Positions 13,018-26,112 of a stretch of 64,000 nt of DNA are shown here, in pieces (position 1 is the stretch's first letter; each line of letters starts with the position of its first letter). Under the pieces are notes generated by a model. It was given only the letters and a program-made list of their open reading frames with translations, made no database searches and had not been told where the DNA came from. This DNA is from Octopus vulgaris. Taxonomy: Eukaryota. A program made the position numbers and the translations under genes. The stretch lies in NCBI GenBank assembly GCA_951406725.2, contig OX597818.1, positions 136,028,001-136,092,000 on the forward strand, given 5' to 3'.

Positions 13018-13401
13018 GGAAGCACTCCGTCGGTTACGACGATGAGGGTTCCGGTTGATCCGAATCAACGGAACAGCCTGCTCGTGAAATTAACGTGTAA
13101 GTGGCTGAGCACTCCACAGACATGTGTACCCTTAACGTAGTTCTCGGGGATATTCAGCGTGACACAGAGAGTGACAAGACCGACCCTTTGAAATACAGGT
13201 ACAACAGAAACAGGAAGTAAGAGTGAGAGAAAGTTGTGGTGAAAGAGTACAGCAGGGATCACCACCATCCCCTGCCAGAGCCTCGTGGAGCTTTAGGTGT
13301 TTTCGCTCAATAAACACTCACAACGCCCGGTCTGGGAATTGAAACCGCGATCCTATGACCGCGAGTCCGCTGCCCTAACCACTGGGCCATTGCGCCTCCA
13401 C
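13018..13401 (-). mobile_element. tRNA-derived SINE family B (~385 bp; resembles octopus OR1-type SINEs)
   Basis: Head gtggaggcgcaatggcccagtggttagggcagcggactcgcggtc..gtttc(g/a)attccc; TSD tctttgcaaca. Family name is from recollection, unverified. Confidence 0.93.
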
Positions 13402-13777
13402 TCTTTGCAACAATAAATCTGATGACTCAACAGGGTGGTGGTAGTGGCTTGGTCTGAAATCAACAGTGATCAAGTAGTTATATGATTAAAGACATTAATG
13501 CAATGACCATCCAATTTAGACATTTTGAACCTAAGGTCACATTTAATATGTCCTTTAAGACGGCAGGGTGTGGTGTTCAACAGACGTTGCTGCTATCTCT
13601 AGGATTTCGAGCGACCACACAGCGGTCCTCTGTTTTTATCCTATCCTAATTAGTACTGATTTCTCAATTGGCACAATGCATTTTTGTTATTAGCTTGGTC
13701 TGAAAGAAAGGTCAAAGACGGCGGTCTTCACAACCCTTTGAGACCAGTGGCAATGATGACGTTCACTTTCCGCTTAA

Positions 13778-13997
13778 CCCTTTACCATTCAGATATTCTG
13801 CCAAAAGCGATGCTAATTTATTCACATTGTTTTCAGTTAATCATGCATTATCTCACAGCTTCAAGATTTCGATGATGTGATTGCGTTATTTTTAGAATGA
13901 CACTGTAAGGTAGGTGTGAAATATCAGATCTGCTTGGTGTGAATGTAAAACTGGTAGAATATTTGGACCAGATACGACCGGTTTAAACACTAAAAGG
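13778..13997. mobile_element. piggyBac-type MITE
   Basis: TTAA at 13774-13777 and 13998-14001; termini ccctttaccattcaga / tttaaacactaaaagg form imperfect TIRs. Confidence 0.7.
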
Positions 13998-14059
13998 TTA
14001 AAGTATTGAAGGTCTCTGGCTGCAGGAAAAAGAAAACCTGGCTGATTAAGAATTTCAGA

Positions 14060-15260
14060 TCAACGTTTTGTAGAGAAAGGACTAAGAATTGTTGATAGAG
14101 TGGGGGTCTGTGAAAGTCAAATAGTGAGAGGAGGAGAGGTGATATCACTGTCGATATCACTGTGTGGAGGTGGCGTGAGAGCAGCCAACTCTGCGGGGCA
14201 GAGGCCACTATTGTTGTGGTATGGGCGGCGAGCTGGCAGAATCGTTAGCACGCCGGGCGAAATGCCTAGTGGTATTTCGTCTGCCACTACGTTCTGAGTT
14301 CAAATTCCGCCGAGGTCGACTTTACCTTTCATCCTTTCGGGGTCGATAAATTAAGTACCAGTTACACACTGGGGTCGATATAATCGACGTAATACCTATG
14401 TCTGTCCTTGTTTGTCCCCTCTGTGTTTAGCCCCTTGTGGGTAATAAAGAAATAGGTATGGTGGTAGAAAATATACAAGAGGTTGCTCATCTGTAGGCCA
14501 TGTGCTGGAATGTGTCCGTGAGTAATTTTATGCCAGTCAGTCGAATAGTCTTTCTCCGGACGTTTTCTCCGTATGTCTATATGCGTTGGTGCAGTATCAT
14601 ACCATATGTAGGAGCTGTACTACTGACCCCTGACCCTCTATAAAGCAGAGTTTTTAGTAGTTTTCTGGACTTTAAAGAGGAAGACCAATCTTTGCAATAC
14701 AGTATTGTTATGATGGGGACGTGTGTTTAATAGATGAGGCCCTCAGTGATAGTGAAGACCGATTCTGAGGATTCTAACTCTGTACGGTTTGCGTTTAGAG
14801 GAAGTAGGGCAAGGTGTGATAATGTTTTCTTGATATGAACTGTGATTGTGTCTTTTGCTGTTGACAACAAGATTAGCAGACTCCAATTCGAGAATATTTT
14901 CAAGGTCTCTGTTCATGGAATTACTGCAGGTTGGGTGCAAGGCGCGAGGTTGCGTGTGGACGACACTTGGTTGCAGAAGGTGAGGGAGAAATGAGGAGTT
15001 GCCATCACTTCCAGTGATGGCAACCAGGTCGTTGAGAAAGAGCGTAGGTGCTAATACCGAAATCTGAGGTATGCCAGAGACGACAGTTAATAGGTCAGAA
15101 AGAGCTCCATTGGCACACGCCGCGATCGCACGATCCGATAAGGTAATACCAATCTAAGAGATAAAAGACGAATGAAGTCCAAACTCAGGCAGTTTTGACA
15201 GGAGATTCGAGTGCCAGACACAATTGAAAGTTCGTTGATGCCAAGGGAATCAGCATTCCT
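14060..15260 (-). pseudogene. Highly decayed CR1/Daphne-like LINE RT fragment, split by a SINE-A
   Basis: Minus strand: TFNCVWHSNLLSKLPEFGLH..LSDRAI..SGIPQISVLAPTLFL.NDL (cf. AFD.VWH..GVPQGSVLSP.LF), and later GLCPAELAALTPPP. Confidence 0.75.
14224..14456 (+). mobile_element. SINE family A
   Basis: Full-length; ggtatgg duplicated at the ends. Confidence 0.93.
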
Positions 15261-15397
15261 TTCACAAGATCTTTCGAGGTGATAGGAGGTTTTGCTTTTC
15301 GAAAGTCGTACCGATGGTCATGAGAGAAAGAAAGAGAGAGAGAGAGAGGGGGGAGTGAGAGAGAGAGAAAGAGAGAGAGAGAGGGAGTGAGAGAGAG

Positions 15398-15454
<57 letters not shown>

Positions 15455-16156
15455 GACTGAAGAGTATAAGGTTTGCTCTCCTCTTTGATCACCACTCTGC
15501 TCAATCAAGAATGGTCACGGTTGGAAAGTCTTTGGTTATAACTCTGCTTAGCCAGTGCTAATCTGGGGCAAACAACATTGAAGGTATTGGCAAGGCCGTT
15601 TGCTGGATCATATTGATTTGAAGCGACTAGAAGTACTTCGTATGTATGTATATGTGGCGGTGAGTCTGGTGGAGTGAAAGAGGATAGATTTTGTGTGTGT
15701 AGTGTAAACGGTATTTGTGGATCTTTCTTTACAGGAGTATACAGGTCACAGAACCATCACGATTATTATTTGTAGGGTAGAAGTTGCGAGCTGGTAGAAT
15801 CGTTATCGCGCCCGGACAAAATGCTCAGCAGCATTTCTTCTGGCTTTGCATTCTGAGTTCAAATTCCGCCGAGATCGATTTTTGCCTTTCATCTTTCCGG
15901 GGGTCGATGATATCAACTTGCACCCGCACCCCTGAAACTGCTGGCCAAAATTTGAAATCCTTATTTGTATGATTGTACATGATGGGTTGAATCAATCTCA
16001 GAGGGATAAGGGAAAAGTCGATTTTGGCAGGATTTGAACTCAGATCGAAGAGACAATATCACAATACTTTCTGCAGTTTCTGCCGACTCTTGCCTTGATC
16101 GAATGGAACTAAGACCAAAAGCGTTCTTTTCCATATGACTGTATCTGGAGGGGAGT

Positions 16157-16428
16157 GTAGGCGTGGGACCCAATGGTTAGAATGTTACATTCACGATCGC
16201 AGGATCGTGGTTTCTATTCCCGGACCGGGCAGCGTGCTGTATTCTTGAACAAAACATTTCACTTCGCATTGCTCCAACTCACTCAGCTACAAATGGATAA
16301 CCCAGCGACGGACAGACGTCTGTTCGGAGTTGGGGGAAAAGTGTTGGGATCTCGGTCGGGTATACAACATGGAAACCAGGTAACCGGTCCCCATGAGTCC
16401 CAGGAGACTCGAGATAGTAATGTCCAAG

Positions 16429-16493
<65 letters not shown>
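16157..16493 (+). mobile_element. Older tRNA-head/CORE-like SINE with (GAT)n tail
   Basis: B-like head (caatggttagaatg..gtttctattcccggaccggg), CORE-like gtattcttgaacaaaacatttc, different 3' part. Confidence 0.55.
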
Positions 16494-16494
<1 letters not shown>

Positions 16495-16544
16495 CTCAGA
16501 GAGAGGCAATGCATTCATGTGGCTTCCGAGACTCGATGGGTGAA

Positions 16545-16770
16545 AAGAAGAAAGAAAGTTATCCTCAAATTCCTGGCTTTGTGTGTGTCGTGAAAGAACT
16601 GGTTGGAGGCCCAACCTTCCGAGTTCCTTTACAGGGCCTAGTAAAACTGAAGGACCGCTGCAATAAGTGTGTGAATCCGAGTGGGAAATATGGTGAATAT
16701 AACCATAATTTATTGATCTTCCTGTCTTTCCTTCTACCCGAGTTAGGAACGTTTTAGCACACTCCGGGTA
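16545..16770 (+). mobile_element. Mariner transposase C-terminal relic plus right TIR
   Basis: WLEAQPSEF / QGLVKLKDRCNKCVNPSGKYGE (cf. WQKC...G.Y.E); TIR-like ggaacgttttagcacactccgggTA. Confidence 0.6.
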
Positions 16771-16848
16771 TATATATATGTTGGCCTGCCCGCTTAGCCA
16801 GCGGGGTGGCGTCATTTGAAGGCTAAAACAATGCGAAGCGCATTGCGA

Positions 16849-16905
<57 letters not shown>

Positions 16906-16906
<1 letters not shown>

Positions 16907-17202
16907 CACCGTGATCACCGTGACCGACCAGGCTATCAGATGTTGCTGCACATCGCTGGTCACAATGCGCTTCGCATTGTTTTAGCCTTCAAATGACGCC
17001 ACTCCGCTGGCTAAGCGAGCAGGCCAACAGAAGAAAGAGTGAGAGAAAGTTGTGGCGAAAGAGTACAGCAGGGATCGCCACCAACCCCTGTCGGAGCCGC
17101 GTGGAGCTTTAGGTGCTTTCGCTCAATAAACACGCACAACGCCCGGTTTGGGAATCGAAACCGCGAGTCCGCTGCCCTAACCCTGGGTCATTGCGGCTCC
17201 AC
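16906..17202 (-). mobile_element. SINE B2: family-B head with an alternative ~125-bp tail (OR2-like?), inserted in TA repeat
   Basis: 17037-17202 matches the B head; 16906-17036 is a different tail ending cggtcacggtgatcacggtga into (TA)n. Confidence 0.8.
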
Positions 17203-17215
17203 ACACACACACACA

Positions 17216-17263
<48 letters not shown>

Positions 17264-17706
17264 AAAGCAAAAAAATATACAAACTGGGACAAGAACGTGA
17301 AACATTTAGAAGACGACACAAAAAACACGGACGGGACATTCGAAGCCCTCAATCATCAGTCAAGAACCGGACCATCTTCGCAATTTCGGCTGATTAATCT
17401 TGAGGTTGCTCCGATCTGGGCAGCCCCCAAGGGAAATCTAAGCCAAGCGCATCAGATTCCTTGGAAGAAAGCCTCGAATGTATACAACACAGGGACAGAA
17501 AACGGACGGTGTTACACGAATAAAAATACAAAAATACGTAAAACCAATAATGATATATATATTTATATATATATATATATGCGTGTGTGTGTGTGCGTGC
17601 ATGAAGACATGCATGTATATAAGCATGTACCGATATTTGGATGTGTTCATGTGTATGTATTTAAGATCGTGTAATTAACAGTTTTTGCATGCGAGTATAT
17701 TTCACT

Positions 17707-17757
<51 letters not shown>

Positions 17758-17925
17758 GCGCGCACGCACACATAAACACACACATAAAGTCATTCGTATG
17801 GAAATATTCGCATGCTTCATTCACAGTGGATTTGTGAATGAGCATCAAAGATGAGTCAAACGATATATTGATAAATAATTGATTAACTGTTTACACATAC
17901 ATACCCTTCCACAAATATACGAGCT

Positions 17926-18007
<82 letters not shown>

Positions 18008-18585
18008 AATCTATCTAATTAGATTGTTGATAGATACATCTACCTATCTCTCTACACAAACACATACACGCATACACCAGTATACTGTTGAATTCTCTCC
18101 CTCCCTCCTTTCTCTCCCCCACTTCATCCATACATATCTCTTTCTTCCTCTTTCGCTCTCCCATCATGAATCACTCTTCCATAATCTGAAACATGTGATA
18201 TTTCCTTCAATTCGCTCCTTTCAATTCTTGACCCGATCTGGCTCTCAACGCGACCGACGAGGCGGGGGCGCATCGACGAGGTTTCTTGGCATGTTAGAAA
18301 TAGCAGCAAAATTTCGCGCTCTCCCTTCCACCAAATCATACCTAAATTGCTCTAAAACTTTGGTTCCCAACCATTTTTTGGATCTATTCAATTTGACGTA
18401 CAGATTTTTTAATTAATTTTTTAACACTAAACACTTTGAAACTTCGGATACTGGTGGAATGTATCATGTAGAACAGGGCTTACCCTTAGCGTTTTTGACA
18501 AACTTTTGTATTTTAGAAGTTATTTAGTGTTAAAGTTGTCGTATTTGGATAATTCTAACCAATCAATGACGTGTATTCAGCTGAA

Positions 18586-18822
<237 letters not shown>

Positions 18823-19199
18823 GTTTCAGGGTTGTTTCAGGGTTGATTTGAGGCTAGATAACAACAAAATTATTACTGGGACAGACCAAAGACGGAGCCT
18901 GTATGTTGTTGCATGACCTGCTAAAAAAAGTAGCCAAACTTTTTTTATATATAGAATAGAAAAATCTCTGGACACATTCAACCAGTATCCAAAGTTTCAA
19001 ACTGTTTACTTAAAAAAAGAAAGAAATTTTTAAATCCTGTAAGATCCGTGAAACTACTCTCGTACATAATATTACCGAGTTCCCATAACATTTTCTGTTC
19101 ATTTCAGACAGAAATCTGAATAAATTACGCTAGTCAAGGGAATTCCAATATTTGGAATATGGATACTCGCTATCTTTTATTCTTTCAACTTTTATTTAA

Positions 19200-19632
19200 C
19201 TTTACTCTCTTTACTCTTTTACTCTTTTACTTGTTTCAGTCATTTGACTGTGGTCATGCTGGAGCACCGCCTTTTAGTCGAGCAAATCGACCCCGGGACT
19301 TATTCTTTGTAAGCCCAGTACTTATTCTATCGGTCTCTTTTTTGCCGAACCGCTAAGTGACGGGGACATAAACACACCAGCATCGGTTGTCAAGCAATGC
19401 TAGGGGTACAAACACAGACACATAAACATACACGCACACACACAAACATATATATATATATATACATATATACGACGAGCTTCTTTCAGTTTCCGTCTAC
19501 CAAATCCACTCACAAGGCTTTGGTCTGCCCGAGGCTATAGTAGAAGATACTTGCCCAAGATGCCACGCAGTGGGATTGAACCCGGAACCATGTGGTTGGT
19601 AAGCAAGCTACTTACCGCACAGCCACTCCTGC
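19200..19632 (-). mobile_element. SINE family C (~420 bp; internal TA/TG microsatellite; resembles octopus OK-type SINEs)
   Basis: Head gcaggagtggctgtg..ggttca(a/g)tcccactgcgtgg, CORE-like cttgggcaagt, tail ggcggtgctccagcatg..gactgaaacaagtaaaagag. Confidence 0.92.
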
Positions 19633-20099
19633 TTCATCATTCAGTGAAGTATATTGTTTTAACCACAGGATAGCTCTGATTGTAATGGATCTGTGAGAAA
19701 AGGCGTTCCAGCCATGACCATTTTCTCTTATTCTTTTCTAGAAGTAATGAATTCCTTAGCGAACATCATAAAATAATATAAACTTGAATTTTTTTTTTCT
19801 TGAAGACAGAAATTTCATTTTTCTTTTTATCAGGAAGATTTGGTTGCTCTTTCTAGCAATTTGAGCAACCAGATAAAGGCTCTCTCTCGTTGCCTCGTCT
19901 CGTTCCCTTCGTCACCTGTTGTTTAGTCCCGAGTTGGATCTGATTGAACAGATATGATCAAAGACGTCCCAACTGTGACCATTCCGTTTTTCTTCCCAGA
20001 CAAAATGGACTCTACGTGTATATCACAGGATAGAAGTTTTTCTATTCTGTATATAAAAAAAGGTTGGCTGCTTTTTCTAGCAGGTCATGCAACAACATA

Positions 20100-20465
20100 C
20101 AGGTTCCGTCGTTGGTTGGGGAAAAATTCCTCATCCACCTTATTCTCCCAACCATGCTCCTTCAGACTACCATTTGTTTCGTAGTTTACAGAATCATTTG
20201 GAGGACATAACTTTCCCAAGCCAGGAGGAGGTCGAAACTGACATTTCAGAGCTCTCCGCTTTGAAATCAAAAGTGTTTTACATTGATGGGATTAAAAACC
20301 TTGTAAAAAGATGGAAGGAAGTCATAGATAATCAGGGAAAGTACATTGATGATTAAATTTCAATTAAATATAACATTTGTCATGTCAGAATGTAAACTAC
20401 CAGAGGAATTTGAGCACTTGTTTTCTTTATTCAAAATTCGGACAGAACTTATGGGATACCTGATA
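20100..20465 (+). mobile_element. Mariner transposase C-terminal relic plus right TIR
   Basis: PHPPYSPNHAPSDYHLFRSLQNHL..GIKNLVKRWKEVIDNQGKYIDD*; terminal gaacttatgggatacctgata. Confidence 0.88.
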
Positions 20466-20469
20466 CTTA

Positions 20470-21220
20470 TTCTGATCACTTTAGGACGGAATCACTGAAA
20501 TAACAATAAGTGGTTGATAATATTAAGCAGACAAAGCCAGCGAACTGGCAGAATCGTTAGTACGCTGAGCAAAATTCTTAGCGGTGTTTCACCAATTCTG
20601 ACGTTCTGAGTTCAAATTCCGCCAAGGTCGGCTTTGCCTTTCATCCTATCGGAGTAGATGAAATAAGTACCAGTTAAGCTTACCCCACTCCCGAAAAAAT
20701 GTTGGCATTGTGCTAAAATTTGAAAGCAATATTAAGCAAACGATATAATATCATCAGCGTGTCTTGGAATCTCTAATTGTGATAACAATAAGTTGATTGA
20801 TAACATTGTGATTATAATAACCGGCTATTTGTATTGTTTTTTGTTCTTTTCGTTGTACATGGGGACCTATTTAGTGCGATCAGTTGGGTACAGAGCCACT
20901 TAGACAACAATGACCGGGTGATGACATTAAGCAGACTATATAATATACTGAGCGCTGTTTGAAAGCCACTAATTGTCAATTAATAACATTGTTTGTGATT
21001 GTAATAAACGGTTGTTTCTTTTTTGTTTTTGTTCTTTTCATTTTACTGAGGAATCCACTTATTGTGGTCACTTTGGAACAGAACCACTAGAATAACAATA
21101 AACGGCTGATAATATTAAACAGACGACATAATAATATCCCGAGTGTGTTTGGGAGCCACTTATGATAAAAGTAGTTGATCAATAACATTGTGATTATAAT
21201 AAACAGCTATTTTTGATTTT
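20470..21220. repeat. Diverged ~190-bp tandem repeat (about 3 units), split by an old SINE-A at ~20535-20730
   Basis: Recurrent aatattaa(g/a)cagac, ataacattgtgattataataa, tttttgttcttttc, caga(g/a)ccact..acaata. Confidence 0.65.
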
Positions 21221-22962
21221 TAATATGGGTAGAGAGCCACACGAATATTGGGGTATAAATAGACTACATCGATATATCGATTCCGGGTCTTGGCAAGTAT
21301 TATATTCTATCGACCCTTGAAGGATGAAAAGCGAAGCTGACCCCTCCTTGTCAGGATTTGAACTCAGAACGTAAGGAAATGTAACTGAACTCAAAACGTA
21401 AAAGGCATCATACGCCATTTAAGGGACCGTCTACTTGTTCTACTACTCCTCCCTTTTAGTTATTGATTCAAAATGTTGGATTAATGAGGGATTAATTAGA
21501 AATAAATCGATCGAATCGAATCGAACCCAGTACATGACTAATACCTTTATCGATTTGGAAGGAATAAAAGGCAAAGTCAACTCCGGCGAGATTTGAACTC
21601 GGAGTCTAAAATACTACAATATATTTTGTCCACCATTCTACTGATTCAGACATGTTTAATGCTAAATCAATTTATTATCGTATTCTTTTACTTGTTTCAA
21701 TCAATGGACTGCTGTCATGCTAGTCACCTTGAAGTGTTTAGCCGATCAAATCGACCCCCAGTACTTATGTTTTTAATGTCTGGGTACATATCCTATTGGT
21801 CTATTTTCCCTGATTCGCTTAGCCACGAGGACACAAACAAACCAACACTGGTTGTCAACTGACGAGAGACAAACCCAAAAACCAAAGATTCAAATTTGTA
21901 CATAATTTCGAATCTTCATCAGAATATTTAATTTATACAGTAAAAATCTAATTAATCTTAATATAAATTTATATATGAGAACAACCAGTGGTAAACCCTC
22001 GACTTGCTATAAAGAGCAGCCTAAGTCCTCCCAAACAGTACCGCTCCAAAAAGGGTGGGTCACAGGAAATGATGTAACTCTAAATACACAATGCACAAAA
22101 CAAGGGCGTAATAGTCATGGTTGGAGCTACTGTGATCGTAGGTCTCCTCAGGTTAGATCTGGGGCTAAACAACTGAAGATTAGTGTAGGACAACCTCTTT
22201 AGGACAAAACCTCGCTTGGACAACTCCTCAGAAAACCCTCTTTGGACATCCTACCCAGATAACCTCTTCCTCGAACTAAACTCACAAGTTTAAAATGTAA
22301 AGCGGGACACAATTACCCACGTTCAAAAGCAATAATACGTGAAATGTAATACAGAAAAAAATCCATCTATTTAATAATTATTTTAATAAGGAAATTAGAG
22401 CACCCAATGAAATCAAGTCTTTAAACAACCTAGAAGAATGTTCGCTAGAATTACCTAGGTAACGTAATCTGATTATGTTACCTAGGTAACACAATCAACA
22501 GTGGAGCTAGTTATTGTATAAGACAACAATAAGGAAGATAAAGTATTGAATTATAAATACAGACGTTAACACATGCACTTAAATATTGCTCTGTAATGCA
22601 TACGTAAATGCATAACTCACTATTTTATAACAAAACATTGTAGTATTGTGCTGTGATAGGTGCAAATATGACTTTGTAGGTAGGAAGCTCGATTAGTAAT
22701 CTCGTTATTTCAAGTTCAGTCCAACTGCGTGACACATACTATAGCTCCGGAATGACCGATATCTTTTGAGTGGACTTAGTAGATGGAAACTGTGTCGAAG
22801 CCCGTCGTATATATGTATATACATGTGTGTGTGTGTATTTGTCCCCCTTTATCATAAGCACCAGACATATAAAAGTCAATTTGTTCGACTAAAACACTGC
22901 AAGGCGGTGCTCCAGCATGGTCGCAGTCCAATGACTAAAAGAAGTAAAAGATAAAGATAATA

Positions 22963-23182
22963 TATTTCTTTACTACCCACAAGGGTCTAAACACAGAGGG
23001 GACAAAGAGATTAAGTCGATTACATCGATCTCAGTGCGTAACTGGTACTTAATTTATCGACCCCGAAAGGATGAAAGGCAAAGTCGACCTCGACGGAATT
23101 TGAAATCAGAACGTAACGGCAGACGAAATACGGCTACGCATTTCGCCCGGCGTGCTAACGTTTCTGCCAGCTCGCCGCCGCC
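22963..23182 (-). mobile_element. SINE family A
   Basis: Family match; TSD agataaagataatatatt. Confidence 0.92.
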
Positions 23183-24056
23183 TTTCATAGATAAAGATAA
23201 TATATTAACATTTCCATTATGTGTGGTCAGCTGATTTACAAGGAAAACACTATAAATATTTTTCTGTAATATATTCATTAGTATTTACATAATAAATATG
23301 TAACTCCCTATTTTACAGCAAGGAAATATAATTATTATTATTCCGTAACACATACAGTATTTTACAAGGACGATATGATAAGTATATGATAAGATTACAC
23401 TGAAATACATACATTTACACATTTTTCCTCCTAACGATATGGGTAACACATTCCTTTTACAATTAATTAATCAATTATTTTGATTATGTAATTATATAAA
23501 TAAATATGTTTTATGCCATTGAAACAGCTGTTGGGCTCAATTACATTATGTGATATATGTGAATTTCATGCTTTTCTACCTTTTATTCTAAATATGCTGT
23601 TCTCAGAGAGATCGTTTCAGCTGATTCTGTGTGTGCACGAAGGTTTGTTCGACCGGGATTTATTGCATTGTAACAACGCATTGGAATTTGATGCATTATC
23701 AATTAAGCTGTTAATTAATGTAGTTTTTTTACGTTTATGCGTCTATTCTCTCTCTCTCTGTATATATATATATATATATATATTAATAAATAATATGAAA
23801 TAAAACATATGCATATATATAAACATATATGTACGTACCTACCTCTACATGTACGCATATATGAGTACAGGACACCAAAAGGACGTCGAACACAAAGAGA
23901 AACGAAAACAAAGACACAAACCAAAGGAACTGGACATTTTTTTAAACAACAAAAAAATAGAGTACAGGACAATTAACACAAAGAAAAAACCCCTTCTTCA
24001 GTCGCTATGGTTTCATCTATTCTACGTTTCGAAGGATAAAAGCGAGACGTATCTTC

Positions 24057-24441
<385 letters not shown>

Positions 24442-24456
24442 TGACATATTATAAAT

Positions 24457-24618
24457 TTTCGTCTGTCTGTAAGTTCTGAGTTCAAATTCCGCTGAGGTCG
24501 ACTTTGCCTTTCATCGTTTCGGGGTCGATAAATCAAGTACCAGTTGCGAACTGGGGTCGATCTAATCGACTGGCCCCCTCTCCAAAAATGTCGGGCCTTG
24601 TGCCTTGAGTAGAAAAGA
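24457..24618 (+). mobile_element. SINE-A headless unit with alternative tail
   Basis: Starts at tttcgtctg; core as family A; tail ctaatcgactggccccctc..gggccttgtgccttgagtagaaaag, as at 40308-40470. Confidence 0.82.
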
Positions 24619-25184
24619 ACATACTATAAATTTGTAGCTCACTCTTTTACAAGAGAACAAAATTGTTTCCACAATCATAAAAGTTGAACTTCCATTAATT
24701 CGTTCGAAACATTTTTTGGGGGTGGGGATGGGGAACTCACCTCCTGAAAAAAATTTTTTGTTAAAAAAACTTTAAACAGTTTTGTTCGTAGGCGTGAATT
24801 TTTAAATAACCCCACTAACTTTTTAATATCTCCACCCCGCGTTTTTTTTTTTTAGCTGTTTTTCTATTTTATATTTTGAACATCAGAGATTCAGAATCTA
24901 CAAAATGTGTAGATTTAATTGAAAATAAAACAAAAATATTTTTTTTGAAAACCAGAAACTGATTTAAAAATCCTCTCAATCTAAACTGATTTGAACCAGA
25001 AGAGTTAAGCTGCAGTATATTTTGTAAACATTTCAAAGATGTAAATATATTTCATTTACATTTAGATGCATTAGCTGTTTCATCTGGAAAGTTTTAATGT
25101 TTGTCGTTTCATTTTCGATTTAATAAGATGGAATTACAAATGTAAACAAAATATGTTTATGCGCTTCAAATATAAACGGAATAT

Positions 25185-25576
25185 GGAAGCACTCCGTCGG
25201 TTACGACGACGAGGGTTCCGATTGATCCGATCAACAGAACAGCCTGCTCGTGAAATTATCGTGTAAGTGGCTGAGCACTCCACAGACACGTGTACCCTTA
25301 ACGTAGTTCTCGGGGATATTCAGCGTGACACAGAGAGTGACAAGGCCGGCCCTTTGAAATACAGGTACAACAGAAACAGGAAGTAAGAGTGAGAGAAAGT
25401 TGTGGTGAAAGAGTACAGCAGGGATCACCACCATCCCTGCCGGAGCCTCGTGGAGCTTTTTAGGTGTTTTCGCTCAATAAACACTCACAACGCCCGATCT
25501 GGGAATCGAAACCGCGATCCTACGACCGCGAGTCCGCTGCTCTAACCACTGGGCCACTGGGCCATTGCGCCTCCAC
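25185..25576 (-). mobile_element. SINE family B
   Basis: Full-length; TSD aacggaatat. Confidence 0.93.
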
Positions 25577-25720
25577 TGAACGGAATATATTTTAGTTATG
25601 TACAAAATAATACCGTAGCTGAAAATATTCTATTTCTTATAAATTTGGAATAAAATTTAAATTAATATTTTTTTCTTTGTAGATTCTGAAAGTCGAAAAC
25701 ATTGAAATTTGAAAAAGACA

Positions 25721-26112
25721 TCTTTATATAAAGAAGTCAAGTTGTGTGTCTGTCTCCTACGATTTAGATTCCTAACTACTCCCACATTTTGCGGTGCAGT
25801 TTAACCCAAAAGCGGGTATCTTATAGTCGTGATTCATATCGAGCCCTTCTGGGTATTAGCGCGCGTCTACGATGAGTCTACGATTAAAAAAAAAAAATTC
25901 CATCATTTTCCCCCATTTTTAATGCTTTTTTTGCTATTATATAAGAGAAGTAACTCTCTAAAAATGTATTATTAAATCTCAGAACGTAAAAAACTACAGT
26001 TAGCCATATTGAGGTTAGCCATATTGAGATGGCTATTATACTTTACATCTCTAAAAATGCTTATATAGTTATTTCCCTTACAAACCCGAGCAACGCCGGG
26101 CGATACTGCTAG
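25721..26112 (+). mobile_element. Non-autonomous Helitron
   Basis: a|TC..CTAG|t (A-T target, no TSD), subterminal hairpin cccgagcaacgccggg. Confidence 0.87.

Noticed and set aside
13065-13268. Recurrent 67-aa ORF MVVIPAVLFHHNFLSLLLPV.. (about 8 copies)
   Set aside because: Lies inside young Pol III-type SINE-B copies; persistence is explained by low divergence, with no coding evidence
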